Source: Nitrososphaerota archaeon (lineage in GTDB: Archaea > Thermoproteota > Nitrososphaeria > Nitrososphaerales > Nitrosopumilaceae). From it: DNA of 64,000 nt. The notes under the pieces were generated by a model that was given only the letters and a program-made list of their open reading frames with translations, ran no database searches and was not told the DNA's origin. Made by a program: the position numbers and the translations under genes. This document shows, piece by piece, positions 49,831 through 58,965 of the stretch. Positions within the stretch are counted from its first letter, which is position 1; the number at the start of each line of letters is the position of its first letter. The stretch is taken from contig JAGWGB010000001.1 of assembly GCA_028867595.1 (NCBI GenBank), positions 73,630-137,629 on the forward strand, read 5' to 3'.

Positions 49831-49987
49831 TACAATTCAATTCTTTCTAACTAATCTTTAAGCATAGAGTATCTTTGTACAGAAAAAATTGTATAGTAAA
49901 TTATACCGTACTGCCATTTGCAGACATTATAATTGTCCCATATATCATACGTGGTTGTCAGTTGGTCATAAAGTAATTTTTAGAAAA

Positions 49988-50266
49988 TTATGGGTGTTTT
50001 AGATGATGCAATTTTATGTACTCTAATATAATAGAAGGCGGGATATGATGTGGTGGCACGATATGTGCAGCCGTTTTAGCACTGATGTCCTTATTTGTCA
50101 TGTTTGTTGTGTCACCATGAGCTGCCAATGCATTATGCATGAAGAAACCAAATGACAGTACTAATGCCAAAACAAAACCCGACACAAGTAGATATCTACC
50201 ACTATTCCAAGTCTTTTTTTTATCTGTCACCAATGACAAGAATGCGGCAACATTGTATTTGTGCAT
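49988..50266 (-). CDS. small membrane/secreted protein with a His/Pro-rich tail
   Basis: TM helix followed by 'AHIVPPHHIPP...LHHLKHP'; start placed at ATG 50266. Confidence 0.45.
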   Translation of the reverse strand: MHKYNVAAFLSLVTDKKKTWNSGRYLLVSGFVLALVLSFGFFMHNALAAHGDTTNMTNKDISAKTAAHIVPPHHIPPSIILEYIKLHHLKHP

Positions 50267-50321
50267 ATGCAAAGATTGTTCTATACTTTTGGTCCGGATT
50301 AAATTATTAAAATGTAACACC

Positions 50322-53300
50322 CTATCCAACAGAATATACATCTCCACCAAATATGTTTACAGTACCTGACGTTGATGCAATGGCTGTATTGCTTGAATCA
50401 TATGCCTTGATTGTACCAACAAGAGGAAAGTCATACTTGCCTACATTTATCATGGCAGTACCAGATGTCACAGATGCACTTGCAAGCATATTTCCAGATG
50501 GACCAATTATGGATACGGTTTTTGTGCTGGAAGACAAGTTATTGATTTGTATATTTTCACTTGTTGTTGCATAATAGTTTGTAAATGTGCCATTTAGCAG
50601 CTGGCCTCCATAGTTTGTCTGCGGTTCAAGATATGCGTTAAAGGGTGTTGGCATCTGCAGGTTTAGCGATGTGCTGTTGTATACCATGGTACCGTCAAGG
50701 TACACCTTGAGGTAGTTATTGCCGTTTGTTATGATAGTACAGTCTCTTGTGAGCGGCTGGTTGGAGCTGGCGTTGACGTATAATGGAGTGTACTGCGTGC
50801 CCTCGGTAGCATTACCAATCTCAGAGGCAACTGCCCAGTACGTTGTAGAATTGCTTGTAAACGAGAAACACACTACATAGTTTACAGGGCCTGGCTCAAA
50901 CGTCTGTACATACATTCCATTCTCATAATACTGGCTTGGGTTGGACTGTACTTTGGAAAGAGGTGTTGACACTATAGAGTGGAACAGCATGCCAGCTGTA
51001 TTTTGTGTTACTGCGTAAAATCCAGTCCATGTATTTCCATCAGTCTTTGGAGATTGTACTCCAACATGCAATCCTTGCAAATCTCTGAAAAATGCATGTG
51101 ATGCGTTCTCACCTATTGCATCACCTCCATATGTCCAGTATCCTGAGTTTGCCTGTAATTGTTGTTGAGTTCTGGTCTCGTTATTTAGAGGATCAGACGC
51201 AAGAAGGCCAGATTGGGATAGTTTGATGGTAGGCAGTGATGTAGTTGCAGACGCTATGTTGGAAGGTGAGCTTGTCCCTACTGAATTTATTGCAGACACT
51301 TGATAGGTATAAGTTGTACTAGATGACAGCCCAGTATCAGAGTATGTGGTACCGGTAGTACCTGTGTTTGGTACAATGGTACTCCATGTAGAACCTCCAT
51401 TAGTTGAGCGTTGAATCACATATCCTGTTATTGCAGACCCGCCATTGTTTGATGGTGTAGTCCAGCTCAAGTTTATCTGAGATGATGATGCAGTAGTAGC
51501 AGTCAATCCTGTCGGTGCACTTGGGGCTGTAAGTGGCGCAACTGGGGTAGCACCCGCTTCGTTTGAGCTCGATGATACACCAATGGCATTTACTGCCTTG
51601 ACAGTATAATAGTACGTCTGCCCATTTGTCAGACCTGTATCAGTGTATGTAGTTGTTGTAGCACCAGTGGCAATTGGTGCTGTGTTTTCTCCGCCAGAGA
51701 TGGTACCTCGATACACATTGTATCCTGTAATTGCTGAACCACCGTTGGATGATGGCACAGACCATGATAATGATATCTGTGCATTACCTGCAGCAGCTGT
51801 TAAACCAGTTGGTGCACTAGGAGATGTATCTGTTGTAGAACCAGATGATGTATCTGACTTTATCTCAAGCGCTACATCATCCCAAAAATCATTATTATTT
51901 GCAGACCAGCTACAAGTATTTACACTAGGTAGTGAGACCATCAATGAACTTGATGCGCCAGTTATCTTGTTGACTAGGTTAGCATTCCACTCTTGTGTGC
52001 AACTTGGAGAACCAAGTATTACACCTCCATAGATTGACGGCAGGTCAAGTACCCAGTCGTTCGGATATGCCGTAGTAATTGAGATTGCTGGGCTGCTGGC
52101 TGAAGTGTTGTGTTTTACAACATGAGTGGGTATAGGTTGTGTCTGGTTCACTCCAGAGAAGGCATACGCACCAACTACAGCAGATGTAGAGCCTGACATT
52201 GTAACCACGACATTTCCTGTCCCAGTTGGATTCTTTAGGTACCAGAACTCGGCATCCTCATTGTTAAACGATGATACTACCTGTGTTAGAGGTACGCCGC
52301 CAAACGTGATAGACGCCACATTATTATTGTTCGCGCTCACTCCGACCACGAGTAAGCGGTCGATACTTGTACCTACGTTAAAGTTGGAAAGTGTCATTTG
52401 GTATGGCGATGATGATACGGTGCCCGATGTTGACTGGACATTGTTTAGTACAATGCTACCAGTTGTACTGCCACCGTTGCTAGTAGTTGCAGATGCCGCA
52501 TTTGATGGAGAGCTTGTCCCTACTGAATTTATTGCAGATACTTGATAAGTGTAAGTTGTACTAGATGACAGTCCTGTGTCAGAGTATGTTGTACCAACAT
52601 TTCCCGTATTGGATACAATTGTATTCCATGTAGAACCTCCATCAGTTGATCTATCAATTTTGTATCCAGTAATAGCTGAACCTCCATTAGAGGATGGTGC
52701 AGACCAGCTGAGATTTATCTGAGATGATGATGCCGCTGTAGCAGATAATCCGGTTGGTGCATCAGGCGATGTAGATGAGTTGGTTACAGAATATACGTCT
52801 CCTCCATATATGCTTGCGGGACTGGATGCAATTAGCACATTGCTTGAATCATAAATGTCAATATTTGCAGATAAGGGAAAGTTGTATGCGCCCACATTTA
52901 GCGTAGCAGTGCCAGATGTTACAGATGAACTTGCAAGAACATTTCCTGTCGAGTCTACAACTTCTACTGTTGCCACATTTGATGGATTATTTGTAACCTT
53001 GATGTTTTGAGAAGATGTTGCATAGTAGTTGCTAAAAGTTGCATAATGCATGGATGCCGATGACGACGTATCATCCTGAACAAATGTGACCAATGGTGTA
53101 GACATCCCGAGATTCATGGTACTGCTTGTGAAGACAGCTTTGTCTCCAATGTAGACTTTGAGATAGTTGCTTCCGTTTGTGATGATTGTACAGTCCTGGG
53201 TGTGAGGTAGAGCACTGGTTCCCGATATATACAAAGTTGTATATGTCTGACCTGCATTACTTGAATATTCCACCTCCCAATAATATCCAGTATCGTCTGC

Positions 53301-53714
53301 ATATGCCTCGCAACCTACATGCGGGATAAAATCAGATCCTTCCACATACAGGCCAGGATTGAATACACCATCTGCTACTGAATTTTGTGGGATGGTTATG
53401 GTGACATGATAAAGATTAGCGTTGGCTTGGGGCGGATGTGCATAGTAGTTGACCCATTGACCGCTTTGTGAAGACTGCACGCCAATATGAAGTCCCAGTG
53501 AATCTTCATAGTACTGATACAACGTTGCGCTTCCTCCTGCATTCAAGTTACCAGTGTTTCCAGTAGTAAAAGAATCAAAGGCAAGAAGACCAGAACCTGT
53601 TTTTGTAATGGAATATGCATATGCATTTGCATTACCCATCAATGATCCCATGAACCCAACCAGAATTATCAGTAGCAAAATATTTGATGAGGTGAGATAG
53701 ACTTTGGAATGCAT
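50322..53714 (-). CDS. large secreted protein: X'-FN3-Y-FN3-FN3-X
   Basis: Signal peptide, three FN3 repeats, two copies of domain X ('CTIITNG.NYLKVY'), one domain Y. Confidence 0.85.
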   Translation of the reverse strand: MHSKVYLTSSNILLLIILVGFMGSLMGNANAYAYSITKTGSGLLAFDSFTTGNTGNLNAGGSATLYQYYEDSLGLHIGVQSSQSGQWVNYYAHPPQANANLYHVTITIPQNSVADGVFNPGLYVEGSDFIPHVGCEAYADDTGYYWEVEYSSNAGQTYTTLYISGTSALPHTQDCTIITNGSNYLKVYIGDKAVFTSSTMNLGMSTPLVTFVQDDTSSSASMHYATFSNYYATSSQNIKVTNNPSNVATVEVVDSTGNVLASSSVTSGTATLNVGAYNFPLSANIDIYDSSNVLIASSPASIYGGDVYSVTNSSTSPDAPTGLSATAASSSQINLSWSAPSSNGGSAITGYKIDRSTDGGSTWNTIVSNTGNVGTTYSDTGLSSSTTYTYQVSAINSVGTSSPSNAASATTSNGGSTTGSIVLNNVQSTSGTVSSSPYQMTLSNFNVGTSIDRLLVVGVSANNNNVASITFGGVPLTQVVSSFNNEDAEFWYLKNPTGTGNVVVTMSGSTSAVVGAYAFSGVNQTQPIPTHVVKHNTSASSPAISITTAYPNDWVLDLPSIYGGVILGSPSCTQEWNANLVNKITGASSSLMVSLPSVNTCSWSANNNDFWDDVALEIKSDTSSGSTTDTSPSAPTGLTAAAGNAQISLSWSVPSSNGGSAITGYNVYRGTISGGENTAPIATGATTTTYTDTGLTNGQTYYYTVKAVNAIGVSSSSNEAGATPVAPLTAPSAPTGLTATTASSSQINLSWTTPSNNGGSAITGYVIQRSTNGGSTWSTIVPNTGTTGTTYSDTGLSSSTTYTYQVSAINSVGTSSPSNIASATTSLPTIKLSQSGLLASDPLNNETRTQQQLQANSGYWTYGGDAIGENASHAFFRDLQGLHVGVQSPKTDGNTWTGFYAVTQNTAGMLFHSIVSTPLSKVQSNPSQYYENGMYVQTFEPGPVNYVVCFSFTSNSTTYWAVASEIGNATEGTQYTPLYVNASSNQPLTRDCTIITNGNNYLKVYLDGTMVYNSTSLNLQMPTPFNAYLEPQTNYGGQLLNGTFTNYYATTSENIQINNLSSSTKTVSIIGPSGNMLASASVTSGTAMINVGKYDFPLVGTIKAYDSSNTAIASTSGTVNIFGGDVYSVG

Positions 53715-54057
53715 CTAAACCATCCATTTATCTTTGCACTATTGCTTGAAGTTCCGTCGTGATGATGTTCCCTGACACATCATTTTATCCAATGTGAACT
53801 TTATCTGAATATGCACATATTGAACTAGAAAACACCTATGCATTTTGATTCCTTATGATAACTTCATTTTTGGAAATGAGTGGATCATTCAGTAAAATAA
53901 CAAAATTACGACTGTTTTATCACAATCTACGAAATAGTATACAAAAATACACAGAGATTGCGCATTTGCTTCATAAACTGCGATCATCATAAAAATACCA
54001 ACAATCTGTAATCTAATGCCGTATCTTTTTTATAATATAATCATATATAATAATGGC

Positions 54058-54366
54058 ATGAAGTATCGCGACAGAACAGAGATAACCAGATTAATTTTAG
54101 AGATAGCAAGCCGCGGTGCAACCAAGACAAAGATAATGTATGATGCGTATTTGTCATACACTCAGCTGACTGAATACCTTTCATTTTTGACGGAAAACAA
54201 GCTGATAAAACGTCAAGAAGGATCAGAACTTTACAGGCTCACAGAAAAGGGACATAGATTCTATCAGAAATGTAGAGAGATAGATGAAATGATTGACGTA
54301 AAACATAATCATGCAGATCCTTTTGACATACAGGATTCTCGTCGTGATCATTCACACAAGACGTGA
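54058..54366 (+). CDS. winged helix-turn-helix protein (HTH_45/ArnR1-like)
   Basis: 'MKYRDRTEI...GATKTKIMYDAYLSYTQLTEYL...LTEKG'; start placed at ATG 54058. Confidence 0.9.
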   Translation: MKYRDRTEITRLILEIASRGATKTKIMYDAYLSYTQLTEYLSFLTENKLIKRQEGSELYRLTEKGHRFYQKCREIDEMIDVKHNHADPFDIQDSRRDHSHKT

Positions 54367-54389
54367 CAAATTTTCTAGGTGAAAAAAAC

Positions 54390-54587
54390 ATGTCGTTTAA
54401 AATAGATGAGGAGAGTGCAAAAGAAATTACTAGGAGATTTTTGAGTCAGTATTACAATGTTGTAGATACAAAAGCTGTGTTAAGTGATAATGAGTGGCAA
54501 GTTACAGCACATTTGGGTTTCACAAGTACCCAAACAAAGATTGTTAGAATTGACGCAGTTTCAGGAAAAATATTGGGTTACACGTAG
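54390..54587 (+). CDS. small PepSY-like protein
   Basis: 'AKEITRRFL...W.V...G....VRIDAVSGKILGY'; immediately after the wHTH gene. Confidence 0.6.
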   Translation: MSFKIDEESAKEITRRFLSQYYNVVDTKAVLSDNEWQVTAHLGFTSTQTKIVRIDAVSGKILGYT

Positions 54588-54607
54588 TCTGTCAGATTAC
54601 GTGTGTT

Positions 54608-55768
54608 TTACAACCCACCAAGTCCGAGTCCAGTGCCAAGAAGACTTATGGAATATTGGTCTCCTCCAAATATGTTGACGGCGTTCGATGTAGAAGCAAG
54701 TTGGATGCCGCCTGAGCCATACACCTTGATGTATGCTGCAAGAGGCATGTCAAACTGACCTACATTAATGGTAGCCGTACCAGACGAATCAACTGGAGCA
54801 GTTGCAACTACAGTACCGCTTCCGGATGATGATGGCACGACAATGTCTACATATGAAGAACCAATCGGAGCGTTTGTTACTTTGATGTTTTCACTCGTTG
54901 TTGCATAGTAGTTTGCGTATATACCGTTTAGCAAGGCGCCTGCATAGGAAGTTTGAGGCTCAAGATATGCCTGGAATGGCGATGGCATCTGCAGATTTAG
55001 AGTGCTGTTTTCATAGACCTTGACTCCGTCGAGATATACTTTGAGATAGTTGTTGCCATTTGTTACTATGGTACAATCCCTTGTGAGAGGTTGATTCGCA
55101 CTGGAATCAACCCAGAGTAGCTGCTCGTTAGTTGCCTGGTTTACATTACCAGTTACAGATACTACTGCCCATTCAGTACCAAATGATCCTGTAAGTGAGA
55201 AGCAGGTCACATAGTTTATGGGACCGGGTTCAAATGTCTGTATATACAGCCCATTTTCATAATACTGATCCGGTATAGCACGGACAGGTGTTGTGATGGT
55301 AGCGTGAAAGACCTGAGCTGTGGTATTTTGAGTAACGGCATAAGGCCCAACCCAGCTTCCATCAGTTATTGCTTGCACTCCAATGTGCAATCCTTGTGTA
55401 TCCTTGAAGAAGTCATACGTAGCATTCTCTGCTACTGCGTCTCCTCCATAGGTCCAGTATCCTTGATTTGCCATTAGTTGTTGTTGTGTCTCTGTCTCAT
55501 TGTTTAATGGATCAGAGGCAACAAGACCTGACTTTGTTTGTGTTATGGAATACAGTTGTACCGAAGGTAATGCCAATGAAACCGTACCCAAGTTTGGAGT
55601 GCTCGAGATGATTGTAGAGGTTGTTCCAGGTATTATAGGTGGAAGAAGGTTTGGGAGTATAGGCACAGGACCAACTTGGAGAGCAGAAGCTACTGGATTC
55701 ATGATTGATGACATTAGTAGCAACGATATCACTGCGGCACTGTAAAAAACTAGCTGTGTTTTCTTCAT
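54608..55768 (-). CDS. secreted protein consisting mainly of domain X
   Basis: Signal peptide MKKTQLVFYSAAVISLLL (ATG 55768); 'SGLVASDPLNNETETQQQL...CTIVTNGNNYLKVYLDG'. Confidence 0.8.
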   Translation of the reverse strand: MKKTQLVFYSAAVISLLLMSSIMNPVASALQVGPVPILPNLLPPIIPGTTSTIISSTPNLGTVSLALPSVQLYSITQTKSGLVASDPLNNETETQQQLMANQGYWTYGGDAVAENATYDFFKDTQGLHIGVQAITDGSWVGPYAVTQNTTAQVFHATITTPVRAIPDQYYENGLYIQTFEPGPINYVTCFSLTGSFGTEWAVVSVTGNVNQATNEQLLWVDSSANQPLTRDCTIVTNGNNYLKVYLDGVKVYENSTLNLQMPSPFQAYLEPQTSYAGALLNGIYANYYATTSENIKVTNAPIGSSYVDIVVPSSSGSGTVVATAPVDSSGTATINVGQFDMPLAAYIKVYGSGGIQLASTSNAVNIFGGDQYSISLLGTGLGLGGL

Positions 55769-56170
55769 TGCCCTACAATGCGTCTTGGTGTTTATATGAA
55801 AGCACGTTAAATCTTCTAGTAAATTATTTACTTGATTTATGATAGAAAGCCGGTACATCTTTTGAAAACATGTTTGAATAATTAGAAATGTTATAGTAGT
55901 TTCTATGCAAATCAAGATAAGAACGGAATGATAGTCGTTCACATGAGTAAATGCAATTCCCAAGAAATGAAAATGGATTCACTTTACCAAAAAAAAGATG
56001 GTTATGTATTTATAAAATTTGTAAAACCAGTCAGACTAACCAAGAAAATGTTCTACAAAGAACGCTCCATCATATTCCAGATCCCGCTTTGACTTGTTAG
56101 AAAATAGGTCCCCATCAAGTGTAATTTAGCTCGGTACAAACCTGAAAATTAACACGGGAGATACCTGTAT

Positions 56171-57031
56171 CTAAGATACAAAATGAAAGAATCTTTCAAG
56201 ATCGCTTGTTTGGTTTACTCCATACCATATGAGAATAGAATTAATACTCTGGTTCTCAAAAAGATTTATTGCAAGTACATTATCCTGTACCGAACCTCTT
56301 GTTTTTATTAATGACAACTGGACAAAGATCAAAGTATTAGATGACGTTTCTTTTATTTGCCCCACAATGTTTGAAACCGAGCTTTTCATCAATGATGGAT
56401 TCTTAAGAAGAGACTGGACTTGCATATCAATCACATCCATATGTTTTGCTGCCAATCCCCAATTCCATCCGGAATGTAACAATTCTCCATATGGTGGTGT
56501 GACGATTAATTTAGCATTACTCCCTGAATCCTTGTCATATCGTATAACTGTGTTTCTTGCCTGATCAAAAAAGCCAATCGACGTGGACTCGTTAGAAGTA
56601 AATTCTGAAGAATAATTTGTACCTTTTTCATAGTCATAAACTATAAAGTCTATCCCTTTGGGAAGCTTTGGTACAGTGTTGACCATGTCATCTATTCGAT
56701 CATAAAAAATTGCAGAATCTACATGTATACGGGAATTAAACAGGGGTTTCGATTGTTCCGTTTTTTGAAGAACTGTGACTGCGGATGATGGTCTACCGCT
56801 TATGAAAAGATAATCTCCGTCTCTGAGATTTTTTTTGAAAATTTTCAGATTGTTATAGTAGTAAGGATTAGAAACGTCAAGAAAGAATGCTAGTGATAAA
56901 TGTGGTTTTGAGACTAGTGTGGAATTTGAATTAGGTGGGGTTACTGAAGATTTGAAAAGAGGCATCTGCATAGATAATGCTATTCCAAATACTAGAACTG
57001 CGACAATACCCATTATTGTTAGGAGATGCAA
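56171..57031 (-). CDS. membrane-anchored putative TIM-barrel glycoside hydrolase
   Basis: N-terminal TM; 'IDFIVYDYE' D-x-E motif and 'DVIDMQVQ' strand; last gene of the GT2 operon. Confidence 0.45.
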   Translation of the reverse strand: MHLLTIMGIVAVLVFGIALSMQMPLFKSSVTPPNSNSTLVSKPHLSLAFFLDVSNPYYYNNLKIFKKNLRDGDYLFISGRPSSAVTVLQKTEQSKPLFNSRIHVDSAIFYDRIDDMVNTVPKLPKGIDFIVYDYEKGTNYSSEFTSNESTSIGFFDQARNTVIRYDKDSGSNAKLIVTPPYGELLHSGWNWGLAAKHMDVIDMQVQSLLKNPSLMKSSVSNIVGQIKETSSNTLIFVQLSLIKTRGSVQDNVLAINLFENQSINSILIWYGVNQTSDLERFFHFVS

Positions 57032-57063
57032 AATTGTAATCTTGTAAAAAAATGTTCTAGAAG

Positions 57064-58965
57064 CTATGTCGAACCAATTCCTTCTTTGATTTTTTTCCTT
57101 AATGCCTTAGTTAGATCTTTTGTATGTTTCGCCTTCCATTTCGAAGAAACAGAAAGAAGAATCTCAAGTGCTTCAGGTGCAATGAATACAGTATAAATGA
57201 AATCATAAAAACGCGATGCGGGAATATACTTGAGGATGTACAACTTTTTGAATTTGAAAAGAAAGTAAACATGTACAAGGGTTTGTAATCCATAGGTTAG
57301 AAATTCAATTGTTAGCAACCCGACAGGAACCCCCAATAGTATTCCAAGGTTCAGAAAGGACTCATGACCAGTTATCAGTGTGGCAATTAAAAAAGGCAGA
57401 TACAAAGCTGCAGCATAATTAGAGCCTACATCCAGTATACTTAATGCATACATTATAGATATTGGTCCGTCAGCTTCTTTGATAACATCCAGATTTGTTG
57501 CACGCGCATGATAAAAAGACATGGACCATCGGACTCGCTGTTCTCGCAGGTCTTTTAGGTTTGACGGTATATCAGAAAACACAATTGCGTGTTGTTCGTA
57601 TTGATTTCTGTATCCACATCTTGCAAGTTTTATTGTTATATCTCCATCTTCGCCCAGTATATCGTCTGCCCATCCTCCCACATTTACAAGTGCATCTCTT
57701 CGAAAAACAGAAAAAGCTCCTGGTTGAACCAGTGCAGCGTCGATTAGCTCCCACTCACGCTTATAAAATGTAAGTAGTGCGTAACGTAAAACCCAGATTT
57801 TCTGTATCCAGCTTTTTTCTTCCAGTGGAAGAATTAATCCCGATACAGAACCAACGTCAGGATCTTTAAAATGGCACATGACTCTAGTGATTGCATGTTT
57901 ATCTATTGCAGAATCAGTATCTATTCTAAATACGATATCGCCTGAAATTCTGTCAAGCCCATATTGTAAGGCATGCCCCTTTCCTGAATTTGGAATGTTG
58001 TATACTTTACCACTAGCATGCTTTAGGTTGAGTACTGCCTCTGATGCTATTTTTCTAGTGTCATCAGTTGAACCGTCATTAACTACAACAATCTCGGTAT
58101 TGCCTAGATAGTTTGCCGCTGCCTTATCTATACTTTCAATACATCGCCTAATGTGTTTTTCTTCATTATATGCAGGTAAAAGAAACGATAATGGTGTGTC
58201 ATCATAGTTTTGTCGTACAACAGTGATTTGATTGCTTTTTGCCCATTTAGGCACCTTTATCTCATAAATGAAATAAGCCAAGTAATACCTCAATAGTAAT
58301 ATCGACGACAGGTTAATTGCCAGGTACGCTGTTACTGGCGAATTACTTTGTAAATTCAAAATGTTTGTTACAAGATAAACCAATATGACAGCACCAGACA
58401 ATAAAACGCCTACAATAACATACTCGTCGAAGTGGCTGCGTTTGATTTTTGTACCAAGTTTTGCTCGTGTGGGTAGATTTATCGTTAAAAATAAAGACGC
58501 TTCGATTAGCAGACTACCTGCTATACCTGTACAGACAATGCTTGCTTGCAAAACTGCCACACTAGATGTAAAACCTGTTGCCATCATTGTAACAATGACT
58601 AAAAATTGAATTAGAACAAGCCCAATCATGCATACTGGCCAGAACAGCAATACCTTCATCCGTGTTTTTATAGCTGCCCTAGTGGAAACAGCAAGCGAAG
58701 GAAAAAAAATTAAAAAAAGTATCTGGGTTTGCATCGGTATTGAAAACTGTATAGGAGAATAGATATTTCCAACAAAGAGAATACCACCATCCAAATAAGA
58801 TGGTACATGAAAAAAATCAAATAATCCTAGCAAGATTTGATTTTCTATCGTTTGGAAGAATTGATTGTTCAGTAGGACATATGCAAAAAAAAATGCAGAT
58901 ATCATGAAACGTACTGGAAAATAAAATACTAGTTTTTTGATCTCGTGTATGTATCCTGTTGTCAT
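57064..58965 (-). CDS. processive GT2 polysaccharide synthase (PgaC/IcaA/cellulose-synthase-like) with an extra N-terminal membrane domain
   Basis: 'LPAYNEE', 'VNDGSTD', 'IDTD', 'GAFS.FR', 'GED' and 'QRVRW' motifs; about 6 N-terminal and several C-terminal TM helices. Confidence 0.9.
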   Translation of the reverse strand: MTTGYIHEIKKLVFYFPVRFMISAFFFAYVLLNNQFFQTIENQILLGLFDFFHVPSYLDGGILFVGNIYSPIQFSIPMQTQILFLIFFPSLAVSTRAAIKTRMKVLLFWPVCMIGLVLIQFLVIVTMMATGFTSSVAVLQASIVCTGIAGSLLIEASLFLTINLPTRAKLGTKIKRSHFDEYVIVGVLLSGAVILVYLVTNILNLQSNSPVTAYLAINLSSILLLRYYLAYFIYEIKVPKWAKSNQITVVRQNYDDTPLSFLLPAYNEEKHIRRCIESIDKAAANYLGNTEIVVVNDGSTDDTRKIASEAVLNLKHASGKVYNIPNSGKGHALQYGLDRISGDIVFRIDTDSAIDKHAITRVMCHFKDPDVGSVSGLILPLEEKSWIQKIWVLRYALLTFYKREWELIDAALVQPGAFSVFRRDALVNVGGWADDILGEDGDITIKLARCGYRNQYEQHAIVFSDIPSNLKDLREQRVRWSMSFYHARATNLDVIKEADGPISIMYALSILDVGSNYAAALYLPFLIATLITGHESFLNLGILLGVPVGLLTIEFLTYGLQTLVHVYFLFKFKKLYILKYIPASRFYDFIYTVFIAPEALEILLSVSSKWKAKHTKDLTKALRKKIKEGIGST

